The notes under the pieces: model-generated
Told to the model about the DNA's origin: nothing
What the model saw: only the letters and a program-made list of their open reading frames with translations
Database searches by the model: none
Assembly: GCA_963782055.1 (NCBI GenBank)
Contig: CAWAIF010000003.1
Location: 2,048,001-2,112,000 of the forward strand
Reading direction: 5' to 3'
DNA: 64,000 bases
Origin: an uncultured delta proteobacterium
GTDB taxonomy: Bacteria > Myxococcota_A > Polyangia > Polyangiales > Polyangiaceae
Position numbers and translations under genes: made by a program
Shown: positions 31,030-44,130 of the stretch, in pieces
How positions within the stretch are numbered: position 1 is the stretch's first letter
Layout of the letters: each line of letters starts with the position of its first letter

Positions 31030-32204
31030 CACTGCACCTCGCCCTTGGTGACCTCGAGGAAGATCCGCTCGAGCTCGCTGCGCTCCGGCTCCACCCCGGT
31101 GACCGCGACGTCGGCAGCCACCAGAACCTTGACGATGGCGGCCACCGCGCTGTCGTCGCCGGAGTAGGTCACCAGCGTGAGCCCGCCGCCGACGGGCGTG
31201 ACGGCGAAGACGTTGGGCGCGCCGACGAGCGCCTTCTCCACCGCCGCGCCGGAGGCGAGCGTCTTGATCTTCACTCGCTTCTTGGGCACCGCCACCGTCT
31301 GCGGCGGCGCCTCCACCACGTTGCGATAGGCGTCGGGCACCGTCATGGGCGCGGGGTCCCCTGGCTGGGGCTGCGGTGACACCAGCGTCTGGGCGGCCTG
31401 AGGCTGCGGGGGCGGCGCCGCGACGAGGCCCCGGCGCGCGTTGGCCTCCTCCAGCCGCCGCGCGATTTCGGAGATGGGGCCGGCGACCACCAGCCGGCCA
31501 CGCTCCAGGATCGCCACCGAGGTGCACACGTCGGCGAGCTCGGTGAGGATGTGGCTGGAGAGGAAGATGGTCTTGCCCATCGACCGCAGCTCCACCAAGA
31601 GGTCGCGGATCTCGATGCGGGCGCGCGGGTCGAGGTCGCTCGCCGGCTCGTCCAGGATCAGCACCTTCGGATCGTGCAGGAGGGTGCGGGCGAGCTGCAG
31701 GCGCTGCTTCATGCCCTTGGACATCGTCGCGACGAGCTTGTCCTTGAGCTTGGTGAGGTCGGTCAGCTCCATCACCGCGTCGACGACGGCGTAGTTGCCG
31801 TCGGGGGCGACCTTGTAGGCGTCGGCGAAGAACTCCAGGTACTCGCGCACCGTCACCCGTTCGTAGACGCCGGCGTGGTCGGGCATGTAGCCGATGATCT
31901 TGCGCACCGCCTCCGGGTCGACGGAGACGTCGAAGCCGTCCACCTCCACCCGGCCGGCGAGCGGCTCGAGGAGCGTCGCCATGACGCGGATGGTCGTCGT
32001 CTTGCCGGCGCCGTTCGGCCCGATGAAGCCGAAGATCTCGCCTTGCCCGACGTCGAAGGTCACGTCGCGCAGCACGTCCAGCCTGCCGAAGCGGTGCCAG
32101 AGGTGCCGCACGCGGATGGCGGGCACCGTGGCGGGGGCGAGCCACCCGGAGGAGGGCGGCGCCTGGCTCGAGGGCGGCGCCTCGTGGCTCGTCTGCGCGC
32201 TCAC
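31029..32204 (-). CDS. ABC transporter ATP-binding protein
   Basis: Walker A GPNGAGKTT, signature MSKGM, Walker B LILDEP, SSH. Confidence 0.95.
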   Translation of the reverse strand: MSAQTSHEAPPSSQAPPSSGWLAPATVPAIRVRHLWHRFGRLDVLRDVTFDVGQGEIFGFIGPNGAGKTTTIRVMATLLEPLAGRVEVDGFDVSVDPEAVRKIIGYMPDHAGVYERVTVREYLEFFADAYKVAPDGNYAVVDAVMELTDLTKLKDKLVATMSKGMKQRLQLARTLLHDPKVLILDEPASDLDPRARIEIRDLLVELRSMGKTIFLSSHILTELADVCTSVAILERGRLVVAGPISEIARRLEEANARRGLVAAPPPQPQAAQTLVSPQPQPGDPAPMTVPDAYRNVVEAPPQTVAVPKKRVKIKTLASGAAVEKALVGAPNVFAVTPVGGGLTLVTYSGDDSAVAAIVKVLVAADVAVTGVEPERSELERIFLEVTKGEVQ

Positions 32205-34506
32205 GGCGTACCTCCTGTGCCGACGATGCGGACCATCATCCGGTCCATCTCCACCGAGAGGCCCGTGTCCGACTTCACCTTCTCTCCGCCCTCCAGCTCT
32301 CCCATCACCACCGGCTTGTCGTCCGGCCACCAGTCGACGGCCTCGCCCGCGCTGGAGGTGAAGGGCGTCCACTCCTTCTGCAGGCGGTCGAGGTCCTTCT
32401 TCGCCACGCCGGAGGACATCAGCCCGGAGGGGTCGAACGGGTGCACCGTCATGGCGCCCGCGCCCACCCCGCGTCGCGAGACCGCGCTCAGCACCAGCTT
32501 GCCGCTACCGGAGCTCACCGTCTCGCCGCTCTTGATCTTCTCGAAGTAGTAGACGCCGTCACCCGGCGCGTACACCAGCGCGTCGAGGAGCGTGGAGCCG
32601 GTCTTGTTGGTCACGTCCAGCCCGCCCGACTTGGACGTCTTGACGACCACCGGCCCCTTGAGGTCCGTGAAGCCGTGCTCCCGGACGACGAGCGTCTGCC
32701 ACGGAAGGGAGCGGATGTTCTCCAGCGACAGGCCGTTGCGGTCCACGCGGAGCACCGCGGCGTCGTCCATCGCCGAGTCGCTGGACATCACGTCCACGGT
32801 GGCGGAGCGATCGGTCGCCGGGATGCTCAGGGTGCGCGTCTCGCTCGTGTAAAACCCGCGGAAGCGCACGATGCCACCGCGCGTGCTCCCGGCGGCCGTC
32901 TCCAGGAGCGCCAGGTGGCGGGCGCGCCCCCGCCACCCCTTCACGATCAGCCCCACGCCGACGATCAGCCCGAACGTCGCTGCGCTCAAGATGGGCGTGA
33001 GCACGAGCGGGCGCAGCGGCTTGCCGCGACGCGACGAGCGGATGAAGCTCACCGGACCGACGAGCACGGAGTAGAGCACGAGCAGGATCGCCGCGAAGCC
33101 GAGCGCCGGGCGGAAGTTCTCGTTGGGGTCCAGCGCGCGACGCACCTCGTCGGTCCGCCCGCTGCTGCCGTAGTAGCCGTACATGGCACCGGTGGAGCGC
33201 GGGGACGCCCCCGTGGGGAAGACGATCGCCGCGCGCCGGTCCCACGCGTGATCGACGAAGTCCACCATCCGGCTCTGCACCCAGGTGTCGTCCAGCATGG
33301 GCGACACCGTCGGGTCGAAGGCGAGCAGCTCGACGTCGCCGCGCCCGTAGTGCGCGCCGGAGCCGTAGCCGTTGGGCACCAGCGTCCCGCCCGAGAAGCC
33401 AACGAGCTTGGGGCGCACCGCCGGGCCGGGGCCGCCGGCGGCGGCGCCCCCTGCGCCGCCGGTCACGCTGGGGCTGGTGCGGATGGGGATGTACGCGCCG
33501 CCCGCGGTGTCGGGGTGAAAGTCCAGCGGGTCGTTCAGGTCGTCGTCGGTGCCGGTTCCGGACGGCGCGGGCGCGCCGAAGCCCCCGCCCGTGCCGCCGC
33601 TGCCGCTGCCGAAGGGGCTGGGCGTGGGCGCGCCGCCGCCCGAGCGCGGCACCGCCGGGATGGAGAAGAGCGCGGGGTTGACCGGCGCCGAGGTGACGCC
33701 CGGCCCGGCCATGCGGGTGATCTCCGGACCGTGCAGGTCCTCCGGGCGTGCCACCACGACCGCGAGCGACCCGCCGCCCGCCACCCAGTCGAGCAGCGCG
33801 TCACGCTGCTCCGGCTCCAGCCGCGCGAGCGTGTCGGAGTGGACGAGCACGGCGGTGACGCCCGAGTACGCCGACGCCCGCACCGGGAGCACCGGGTCGC
33901 CGGTAGCCGGGTCGAACGACGGCGACGCCACGGCGAGGGTCATCGCGGGCGTCGAGCTCCCGTACGGGTAGGCGTACGCGTAGCTGGGCGTGAGCGAGTA
34001 GGAGACCGTCGCCGGCCAGCCGCGCAGGTTGATGGCGAGGCGCGGCGGGTTGTCGATGTCGACGAGCGTCGGCGCGACGGCCATGTTGGCCGTCACCGGC
34101 ACGGAGGTTATCTCCTTGCCGTCGTCGCCGGTGACCGTCAACGACAGCGTGGGCACCTGGTCGTTGATGCCTCGCGTGGGGAGCCGCACCACCGCCGAGT
34201 GGCTCGCCGGGACGTTGAACGGCGCTCGGGAGACGAAGGCGTTCTTCCCCGCCCACGAGAGCGTGGTGCGAAGCTCCAGCGTGCCCTTGCGCGGCAGCGC
34301 GCCGGTGTTGTTCAGCGTGACCAGGATGTCCTCCCAGCCGTAGCCGACGCTGGCCTCCGCCCCGAAGATGGGCACGGCGCGCACCGCGAGGGTGGCCGCC
34401 GCGGGGGCCGTGGCGGGCGCGCTGCCGGCCGCACGCGGCGCGGCGTCGGCGTGCGTCGGCAGCGCGCACGCGACGGCCACCGCGAACGCGGCGATCCCCC
34501 AACCCT

Positions 34507-34510
<4 letters not shown>
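32201..34510 (-). CDS. Large exported/membrane hypothetical protein of the MoxR operon
   Basis: Signal peptide, ALLDWVAGGGSL GATase-like segment, two TM helices; overlaps both neighbours. Confidence 0.8.
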
Positions 34511-35547
<1,037 letters not shown>

Positions 35548-35644
35548 ACGGTTTCTCCCGGGTCGCGCCCGTCGCGCGATCGTCGTGGTCGGTCCGGCCG
35601 TGCGCCCGCGCGCGCCGTCCGCGTCCGCCGGCGCGAACGCATCA

Positions 35645-37660
35645 TCATGGCTGGAAGTACTGACGTACCTGATCCCGATATTCCTGGGGGACGTCACTTC
35701 GCTCCACACCGTCGATCTCCTCCGGCCCGACGACCTTCAGGTCTCCGGTGCCCCGGGTGTTGGCGGTGCCGCCGGCGCGCCCCGCGCTGTACGTCGTGAC
35801 GGCGCCGGGCATCCCCACACCCTTGTTGAGGTGGCCGTGGGCGTGGGCCTTGAGGGTCTGGCCGTCCACCGGTCCGGTCGAGCCGGTGTGATCGCCGGTG
35901 CCCGTGTCGTGCGAGCCGCCGGCGCCGCTGCCCGTCTGCGCTTGGCCGCCGAGCGGAACAGGGAGCCCCATGCCCTGTCCCTGCCCTTGCTGGCCCTGAC
36001 CCTGCTGTCCCTGGCCTTGCTGTCCCTGGCCCTGCTGACCCTGGCCCTGCTGGCCCTGGCCCTGCTGGCCCTGCTGGCCCTGCTGACCCTGGCCCTGCTG
36101 ACCCTGCTGACCCTGGCCCTGCTGACCCTGCTGACCCTGGCCTTGCTGACCCTGCTGACCTTGACCCTGCTGTCCCTGGCCCTGCTGGCCGTGCTTGTCC
36201 ACGTCCTTCTGGGCGTCATCGGTGCCCTTCTGGGCATCGTCCAGGCTCTTCTGGCGCTTGGACTCGCTCGTCTCGTCGTCCTCCTTCGCCATGTCCTTGA
36301 GCTTGTCCTCCAGCTCCTTCTGACCCTCCGGCGAGGAGAGCTGGTCGGCGAGGTCCTTGAGGTCCTGCGGGTCGCTCTGCGCGCCCGCGCCGCCCTTCTG
36401 CGCCTGCTCCTTCAGCTTGTCGGCGAGGCGCTTGCGCTCCTCCGGCGTCATCTTGGACAGCGCCTTGCTCATCGCGTCGGCGAGCTTCTTCGCCGCCTCG
36501 TCGGTGCCCTTGCGGTCGAGCGCCTCGCTCTGGCTCTCCACGCCGTTGTCGTGGATGCCCTCCGACTTCATCGCGCCTGCGAGATCGCGCAGCGCAGAGG
36601 CGCGCTTCTCGCGGGCCTCCATCGACTTCTTCTCGTCCTCCAGGGCCTTGGCGACGTCCGGCGCGCCGTCGGCCTTCGCGGCGTCCGCCGCGTCGTCCAG
36701 CGCCTTCTTGGCGAGCGCGCGGTCCTGCTTCTCGCGCTGGTTGGCGAGCCGCTCCGCCTGCGCGTCCATCGACTCCAGGTCGTGATCGCCGAGCGCCTTC
36801 GCCGCGTTCTTGGTGACGTCGGTCTCCTGCAGCTTGGAGACGGCGCTCTCCAGCCCGGCGCGGTGCTCGCCGTCGCCGAGCGACAGCCGCTCCGCGGAGA
36901 GCTGCTCCTTGATCCGCGCGATCTTGTCCTGCGCGTCGCGCTTCTCCATCCCCTTGGAGAGCTCCTCCTTCAGCTTCTGCGCGTCGTGCGCGATCTTGTC
37001 CAGGCGCTGGCGCTGCGCCTCGTCGCGCGCGGAGAGCTGGCCGAGCTTCGCCACCTTCTCCAGGCCCTCCACCTCCGAGAGCTGCACGTTCGTCGTGCCG
37101 GGGATCGACGCGACGACGGGCGCGGGCGGCAGCGGCGCCCGCGCGACGACCACCAGCCCCGCCGCGGCGAGCGGGATGAGCGCGTGCACCGGCTTGAGCC
37201 ACGACGGCCGCGCCTGCTTGCGACCGCCGGTGGCGAGGGCGCGCGCCGCCGACTGCACGACCACCGCGCGCGTGACGTCTTCCTCGCGATCGGCGTCCTC
37301 GGTTTGCGTCATCTCCACCGCGGTGGAGATCGCCTCTTCGCTCGCCAGCTCGCCGTCCAGGTAGAGCGCGACGTCCTCGTCCGTCCACCGCTTGCGTCGC
37401 GCGACGACGATGCCCGCGGCGAGACCGAGCAGGCCGGCGGTCGCCGCGTACGGGCGGAGGGTGCCGTGCCGTGTCTTCCACGCGAGCGCCGCGGGCACCA
37501 GGGCGAGAGACAGACCGATCGCCGCGCCGGTGAGCGCGCGCCGCAGCGCGAGGCGCCGCCGCACGCGCGAGGCCCATCGATCGAAGAGCGGAGCGAAGCG
37601 CGCTTCCGTCCCTCCGGCGTGAGCCGTGGAGACGGGCTTGTCCTGCGATGCTTCGGTCAT
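35645..37660 (-). CDS. Membrane-anchored coiled-coil protein with Gly/Gln low-complexity tract
   Basis: Three N-terminal TM segments, a long K/E/D/A coiled coil, a GQQ tract, and C-terminal VPQEYRDQVRQYF. Confidence 0.85.
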   Translation of the reverse strand: MTEASQDKPVSTAHAGGTEARFAPLFDRWASRVRRRLALRRALTGAAIGLSLALVPAALAWKTRHGTLRPYAATAGLLGLAAGIVVARRKRWTDEDVALYLDGELASEEAISTAVEMTQTEDADREEDVTRAVVVQSAARALATGGRKQARPSWLKPVHALIPLAAAGLVVVARAPLPPAPVVASIPGTTNVQLSEVEGLEKVAKLGQLSARDEAQRQRLDKIAHDAQKLKEELSKGMEKRDAQDKIARIKEQLSAERLSLGDGEHRAGLESAVSKLQETDVTKNAAKALGDHDLESMDAQAERLANQREKQDRALAKKALDDAADAAKADGAPDVAKALEDEKKSMEAREKRASALRDLAGAMKSEGIHDNGVESQSEALDRKGTDEAAKKLADAMSKALSKMTPEERKRLADKLKEQAQKGGAGAQSDPQDLKDLADQLSSPEGQKELEDKLKDMAKEDDETSESKRQKSLDDAQKGTDDAQKDVDKHGQQGQGQQGQGQQGQQGQGQQGQQGQGQQGQQGQGQQGQQGQQGQGQQGQGQQGQGQQGQGQQGQGQQGQGQGMGLPVPLGGQAQTGSGAGGSHDTGTGDHTGSTGPVDGQTLKAHAHGHLNKGVGMPGAVTTYSAGRAGGTANTRGTGDLKVVGPEEIDGVERSDVPQEYRDQVRQYFQP
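35973..36190 (-). repeat. Tandem GQQ/GQ codon repeat (about 70 consecutive Gly/Gln residues)
   Basis: CCCTGCTG(A/G/T) and CCCTGG units on the + strand. Confidence 0.9.
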
Positions 37661-37993
37661 GGCGCCTTTCCTGGTCTGCGAGCCCCTGCCTCGGGACAAC
37701 GGAGCCCGCTTTGATTGTAGTCCCGTTCGGTTTGTACGAAACGGGTGCCGGTTTGTTCTCCTCGCTTGATGTAGGACATTGTCTCACCTCACGCCGGCCT
37801 GCACCCGACCCTCAGGCATCCAGCCTGGATCGTCCGACCCCCGGGTCTGGATGGCGCCCACCGGATGCGCCCAATGCACTACCTTATCCTACATCCGCGA
37901 ACTCCCGGCTTTTCCTGGGTCCGGTGGGGCATGGGTGTCTGAAGGCGGATGGACCGAGTTCTGCAATACCAGTGTCCGAACCAGGAGGACGAC

Positions 37994-39166
37994 GTGCTCC
38001 CCTTCCACAAGCGCCCGCGCCACCCCAGCGAGATTGAGATTGAGGCCGACGAGCTCGAGCCGGTCCAGCTTCCGGCCGTGAGGCCGCCGAGCAGCCGCCC
38101 CGCCCCGCTCTCCAGCCGCCCGGCCCCCCTGTCCAGCCGCCCCGCGCGGCTGTCCAGCCCGGTTCGCCCGAGCCGCCCCGCGCTCTCCTTCGCCAGCTAC
38201 GGCGACGACGAGCAGACGGTGCTCCTGCAGAAGCGTCCGACGCTCACGCCCCCGCGCGAGACCCTGGACTTCCGCAGCCCGCGCATCCCGCTGAGCCCCC
38301 GCGCGCCGCACTTCGGTGACGACGAGCCGGCGACGCAGATCCGCACCGGACACCAGGTGCTCTCGATGGGCACGCCGAGCGTGGTGGTGGAAGCCCACGC
38401 CGATCAGTCCGGCCGTCACGAGGTGACCGCGCCCTCCTCGCACCGCGTCCTCCCCGACCAGACCTCCGCGCAGCGCGCCCTGCCCGAGCCGCCGAAGTCG
38501 GCCGCCGCAGTGGACCTGAGCATGACCATGGGCGGGTCCATCGCCCCCGCGGCGATGTCCGCCGGCCGTCCTGCGCCGATCTGGGCTGCCGCGCTCCTCG
38601 CGCTCGGTGTGTTCGGCGGCCTCGTCACCGCGGTGCTCGCCCGCGGCGACGGCGGCTCCTCGATGGCCTCGCTGGTCGACCCGAGCCACGTCACCGCGAC
38701 CGCCGACCTGCAGCCCGCCGTCGCGCACGCCGCGGCCGCGCTCCCCGGCGTCGCCGCCGGCGCCGCCGCGCAGATCTCCCACCCCGCGGCTTCCTGCGTC
38801 CCCAACGCGGTCCCCCAGCAGACCGTCAAGTCGGTCACCAAGGCCCCCGAGCCGAAGGCCGACGAGGACACGACGGCGGCGGCCGACACCAAGGCCGACG
38901 ACAGCGCCTCGCACGTCGTCGCGCCGGTGCACGTCGCTCCCGCGCACAAGACGGTGGTGGCGGCCAGGCCGGTCACCAAGCCCGCCGCGCCCAAGCCGGC
39001 GGTCCACCACGCGCCCGCGCACCACGTGGTGGTGGCGACGCACCACGCGGCTCCGCACAAGACGGTGCACGTCACGCATCACGCCTCGCACGGCGACGAG
39101 CTGGACAGCGCGAGCGCGGCCGACGCCCTCGCCAAGGCCCAGCTCGAGGCGGCGCTCGGCGAGTGA
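37994..39166 (+). CDS. Single-pass membrane protein, largely disordered, with His-rich C-terminal region
   Basis: AGGAGG at 37983-37988 precedes GTG 37994; SSRPA repeats; TM helix IWAAALLALGVFGGLVTAVL; several HH pairs. Confidence 0.75.
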   Translation: MLPFHKRPRHPSEIEIEADELEPVQLPAVRPPSSRPAPLSSRPAPLSSRPARLSSPVRPSRPALSFASYGDDEQTVLLQKRPTLTPPRETLDFRSPRIPLSPRAPHFGDDEPATQIRTGHQVLSMGTPSVVVEAHADQSGRHEVTAPSSHRVLPDQTSAQRALPEPPKSAAAVDLSMTMGGSIAPAAMSAGRPAPIWAAALLALGVFGGLVTAVLARGDGGSSMASLVDPSHVTATADLQPAVAHAAAALPGVAAGAAAQISHPAASCVPNAVPQQTVKSVTKAPEPKADEDTTAAADTKADDSASHVVAPVHVAPAHKTVVAARPVTKPAAPKPAVHHAPAHHVVVATHHAAPHKTVHVTHHASHGDELDSASAADALAKAQLEAALGE

Positions 39167-39199
39167 GGTGACCCGGCGACGGGGGGGTGCCAGCGCCCG

Positions 39200-40267
39200 T
39201 CAGGGTCTGGTGCACGCGGCCCCGGTGCCCTCGACCGAGACGATGGTGTCGCTGCACGGGCCGAGCCCGTAGGACGCGCACCTCACGGTGACGACCCGCC
39301 CCGCGACGCACGCGCTGAGGTCGGCGCCGCTGCAGGTGTCCTTGCTGCAGCCGGAGGTGCGGGCGCACGCCGCCGCGACCGGCGTGCCGGGCGGCGCCGA
39401 GGGGATCGGGTTGCACGCCTGCGCCCCGGAGATGGCGTTGCAGTCCACCTGCTCGGCGAAGCCGCTGGCGCAGCCCTGCGCCTCGCCGCCGGCGGTGCAG
39501 GTGATGTCCGCGGTGCCGGCGCACGCGCTCGACCCCTCCGGCTTGCACGCGGGGACCGCGCCCGCCGTGACGCACTGACCGGCGCCGAAGAGGGAGCAGT
39601 CGAGCCCCTGGTCGACGCCGGCGTCGTCGCAGGCGACCAGGTTGGAGCCGGAGCACTGGGAGGCGGTGCACCCGCGCCGCTTCACGCCCACGCAGAGGGC
39701 GTTGCGGTTGCTCGCGTCGGGGTCGATGGCGTCGCACGTCTGGCCGTAGGCGGCGCAGTTCTCCCCGCGGGTGGGCGACCCCTTGGCCTCGCAGTCCAGG
39801 CGGGTGGCGGCGTTCTTGGCGAAGTCGGTGCAGCCGACGAAGCCGGCGCCGGTGCAGGACTGCACGCCGCCGGGCAGCACGCACGCGTCCACGTCGACGC
39901 AGGTGTTCGCGTTCTGCATGCATCCCCAGAACACCTTGGCGTCCAGCTTGGGCTTGCGGTTGGGGTTGGCGCGGCAGTTGTAGGCGAGGATGGCGTTGAC
40001 CATGCACTTGCCGGTGGCGTTCTGGCCGATGGGGAGCTCGCAGGCGGCGAGCAGCGCGCATGCCTTGGCCGCACGCGCCTCGGCGGTCGGGTCGTCCGGC
40101 GCGCAGAGGTCGACGACAGGCGGGGCGCCGCCGTCCTGCGCGCACCCGGGCGCCGCGGCGTCCAGATCGCAGAGGGTGGGGACGTCGGTCGAGTGGAAGA
40201 TGTCGCCGCACGCGAGGAGGCTCGCGAGCGTCACCGCGGCGCCGGCGTAGACGAAGGAGCGGCGCAT
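39200..40267 (-). CDS. Cys-rich lipoprotein
   Basis: Lipobox LLAC; dense Cys repeats; ATG overlaps the upstream TGA. Confidence 0.82.
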   Translation of the reverse strand: MRRSFVYAGAAVTLASLLACGDIFHSTDVPTLCDLDAAAPGCAQDGGAPPVVDLCAPDDPTAEARAAKACALLAACELPIGQNATGKCMVNAILAYNCRANPNRKPKLDAKVFWGCMQNANTCVDVDACVLPGGVQSCTGAGFVGCTDFAKNAATRLDCEAKGSPTRGENCAAYGQTCDAIDPDASNRNALCVGVKRRGCTASQCSGSNLVACDDAGVDQGLDCSLFGAGQCVTAGAVPACKPEGSSACAGTADITCTAGGEAQGCASGFAEQVDCNAISGAQACNPIPSAPPGTPVAAACARTSGCSKDTCSGADLSACVAGRVVTVRCASYGLGPCSDTIVSVEGTGAACTRP

Positions 40268-41265
40268 CAGAAGCTGCCCTCCAGCGCCGCGCCGCCGGGC
40301 CGGACCACCAGACGCGCCGCCGGCCGCTCCGAGCTGGTGGAGGAGGGGAGCACCCAGAGGACGACCGAGACCACGGCAAGGGCGCCGGCCCCGATCCAGC
40401 TCGTGAGGGCGAGGGCGTCCCAGGTGTGGATCTCGCTCTTGGCGTCGCCGCAGTCGACGACCACGGCGCACGTCGCCGGGAGATCGCCCGCCTTGCCGTC
40501 GGCCACGAAAAACGCGCCCACTCCGAACCCTGCCACGGCGACCGTGGCGGCGGTGGCGACAATCGTGCCGACGCGGCTCCGGCCGTGGTGCCCGGCGCCC
40601 TCGTCCGGCTCGCCGCCCTCGCCGTCGCCTTCGCCCGGCGTCCCGCCGCCGGTGGCCCCGGTGGCGTCCGCGCCCTCGTCGAGCGGCAGCGCCGGCGCGT
40701 CGGTGAGCTTCACCGTGGCCGTCTGCGTCTCGCGCTCGGCGAGGGTGACCGTCGTGGTGAAGGCGTTCTTGCCGGGGGCGCGCGCCTCGACCCGGTGCGC
40801 GCCGAGCTCCACGGGCATCGCGATGCCCCAGAGGCCGACCGGAACCGGCTTTCCGTCGAGGAGGACGGTCGCGCCCTTGACCGCCGGCACCTGGATGGTG
40901 AGCGTCGGGACGCGCGCCTGCAGCTTGCGCAGCGGCTCGGCGACGGCGTCGAGGACGTCCTTGTTGTTCTCCACGCGCGCCTGCTGCTGCGACGCGGTGT
41001 AATCGGCGAGGGCGGCGACGAGGTGGCCGAGCTTCTCCTCGCAGAGGGCGATGTGGAACCGGATGCCCGCCGTCATCTTGACGCTGGACGCGCGCTTGAG
41101 CTTCTCCAGCGCGGCCGCCCAGTGCTGCGCGTCCTCGTCCTTCTCCGCCTGCGCGAAGAGCGCGCGCGCTGCCTGGATCTCGCCCGGTGTCGGCTCTGCC
41201 CAGGCGGGGGCCGCGGCGGTGGCGACGACGAGCGCCAGGGCGAGCGAGGTGCGCGACGATCGCAT
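40267..41265 (-). CDS. Secreted TPR + PEGA domain protein
   Basis: Signal peptide, ARALFAQA..ALEKLKRA..IALCEEKLG, ATVLLDG..GAHRVEARAPG; ends LEGSF. Confidence 0.85.
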   Translation of the reverse strand: MRSSRTSLALALVVATAAAPAWAEPTPGEIQAARALFAQAEKDEDAQHWAAALEKLKRASSVKMTAGIRFHIALCEEKLGHLVAALADYTASQQQARVENNKDVLDAVAEPLRKLQARVPTLTIQVPAVKGATVLLDGKPVPVGLWGIAMPVELGAHRVEARAPGKNAFTTTVTLAERETQTATVKLTDAPALPLDEGADATGATGGGTPGEGDGEGGEPDEGAGHHGRSRVGTIVATAATVAVAGFGVGAFFVADGKAGDLPATCAVVVDCGDAKSEIHTWDALALTSWIGAGALAVVSVVLWVLPSSTSSERPAARLVVRPGGAALEGSF

Positions 41266-41302
41266 GGTTCGGCCCCGTTCTATCAGAAGTCGGCGCCGTA
41301 GT

Positions 41303-42613
<1,311 letters not shown>

Positions 42614-42630
42614 CGGCCCAAGCGTAGCAG

Positions 42631-43113
42631 CTAGTTACCCCCGCCGAGCCCGCCGAGGAAGGGCAGGCAATCGGAGCCGCACTTGCCGGTGATGCACTGC
42701 ACGGCGGCGAAGGCCTCGGCCAGCGCGGAGAGGTCGTTGCCGGCGCACTGCTGCAGGCACTGAGGGTCGAGGCCGCTGCCGCCGAGGAGGCACTTCTGCG
42801 TGACGCACTGGAGGATCTGCTGGCAGGGCGGGTCGGTGAGGCACGTCTGCAGCTTGGAGCCGCACTGCTGGAAGATGCACTGGCCGCACTGCAGCGGCGT
42901 GGGGGCGGCCTCCGTCGCGGCGTCGGCCGGAGAGGCGTCGGCGTCGGCGGCGTCGCCCTGAGCCGCGTCCGCCGCGGCGTCGTCCGCGGAGGCGTCGACG
43001 CGCCCGCCTACCGGGTCGTCGAGCAGCGGGCCGCGGCTGCCGCACGCCGCGACGCCGAGCAGGGACACGGAGGCGAGGATGACGCCCATGCGCGCGACGC
43101 GGCCGATCGACAT
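42631..43113 (-). CDS. Small Cys-rich lipoprotein
   Basis: Lipobox VAAC, D/A linker, repeated CxxC/CxxxC units. Confidence 0.8.
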   Translation of the reverse strand: MSIGRVARMGVILASVSLLGVAACGSRGPLLDDPVGGRVDASADDAAADAAQGDAADADASPADAATEAAPTPLQCGQCIFQQCGSKLQTCLTDPPCQQILQCVTQKCLLGGSGLDPQCLQQCAGNDLSALAEAFAAVQCITGKCGSDCLPFLGGLGGGN

Positions 43114-43177
43114 GCCGGAACGCTAGCAGAGCGCAGGGAGTCGGGCGCGTCTCAATTGGACTATGCTCCGCCGCCCG

Positions 43178-44035
43178 ATGGTCGACATCCTCCGTGTCCC
43201 TGGAGAATTTCAGCGACGCTGCGAGCAGGCGCGTCGCGCGGGCGCGCGCGTGGGCTTCGTGCCCACGATGGGCGCACTTCACGAAGGCCACCTGGCGCTC
43301 GTGAAGGAGGCGCGCCGTCGCGCGTCCTTCGTCGTCGTGTCCATCTTCGTCAACCCCACGCAGTTCGGCCCGAACGAGGACCTGGCGCGCTACCCGCGCG
43401 ACCTGGAGGGTGACGTTCGCAAGCTGGCGGCCGAGGGAGTGGACGCGGTGCTCGCCCCGGAGCCCGGCGCGATGTATTTGCAGGGGGAGCAGACGCGGGT
43501 GCAGGTGGGCGCGCTGGCCGAGCCGCTGTGCGGCCCCTTTCGACCGGGCCACTTCGAGGGGGTGGCCACGGTCGTGGCGAAGCTCTTCGCGCTCGCCGGG
43601 CCCTGCGCGGCGGTCTTCGGCCGCAAGGACTACCAGCAGCTCGCCATCATCCGGCGGATGGCGGCGGACCTCTTCTTCCCGGTGGAGATCGTCGGACACC
43701 CGATCGTGCGGGAGGCGGACGGCCTGGCGCTGAGCTCGCGCAACGCGTACCTGTCGGGGGAGCAGCGGGCGCGCGCGCTCTGTCTGGTGCGGGCGCTGCG
43801 GGCGGCGAGCGACACCTTCGCGACGGGGGAGCGCGACCCGGGCGTGCTGGAGGCGGTGGCGCGCGCGGAGGTGGACCGGGGCGCCAATCGCGTCGACTAC
43901 GTGAGCGTGCTCCACCCCGACACGCTGGCGGCGCCGGCGGCCGGCGCGCCCCGCGCGCTGCTCGCCATCGCGTGCCACCTGGGCAAGACGCGGCTCATCG
44001 ACAACATGGTGCTCGGGGAGGATCCGCGTCCCTGA
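43178..44035 (+). CDS. panC: Pantoate--beta-alanine ligase
   Basis: [47 protein letters not shown]. Alternative start 43163. Confidence 0.97.
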   Translation: MVDILRVPGEFQRRCEQARRAGARVGFVPTMGALHEGHLALVKEARRRASFVVVSIFVNPTQFGPNEDLARYPRDLEGDVRKLAAEGVDAVLAPEPGAMYLQGEQTRVQVGALAEPLCGPFRPGHFEGVATVVAKLFALAGPCAAVFGRKDYQQLAIIRRMAADLFFPVEIVGHPIVREADGLALSSRNAYLSGEQRARALCLVRALRAASDTFATGERDPGVLEAVARAEVDRGANRVDYVSVLHPDTLAAPAAGAPRALLAIACHLGKTRLIDNMVLGEDPRP

Positions 44036-44130
44036 GAGCGTCGGGCGTCGCGACCTGGGCTCTCTTCGCAGACGCCGCGGGGACGCCACGGTTGTCAGGC
44101 GGCAGGGCGTGGGCTACACGCCGGGGCCTC

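Noticed and set aside
35585..37714. 709-aa plus-strand ORF with a striking Leu-rich repeat
   Set aside because: It is the reverse complement of the GQQ repeat and coiled-coil gene.
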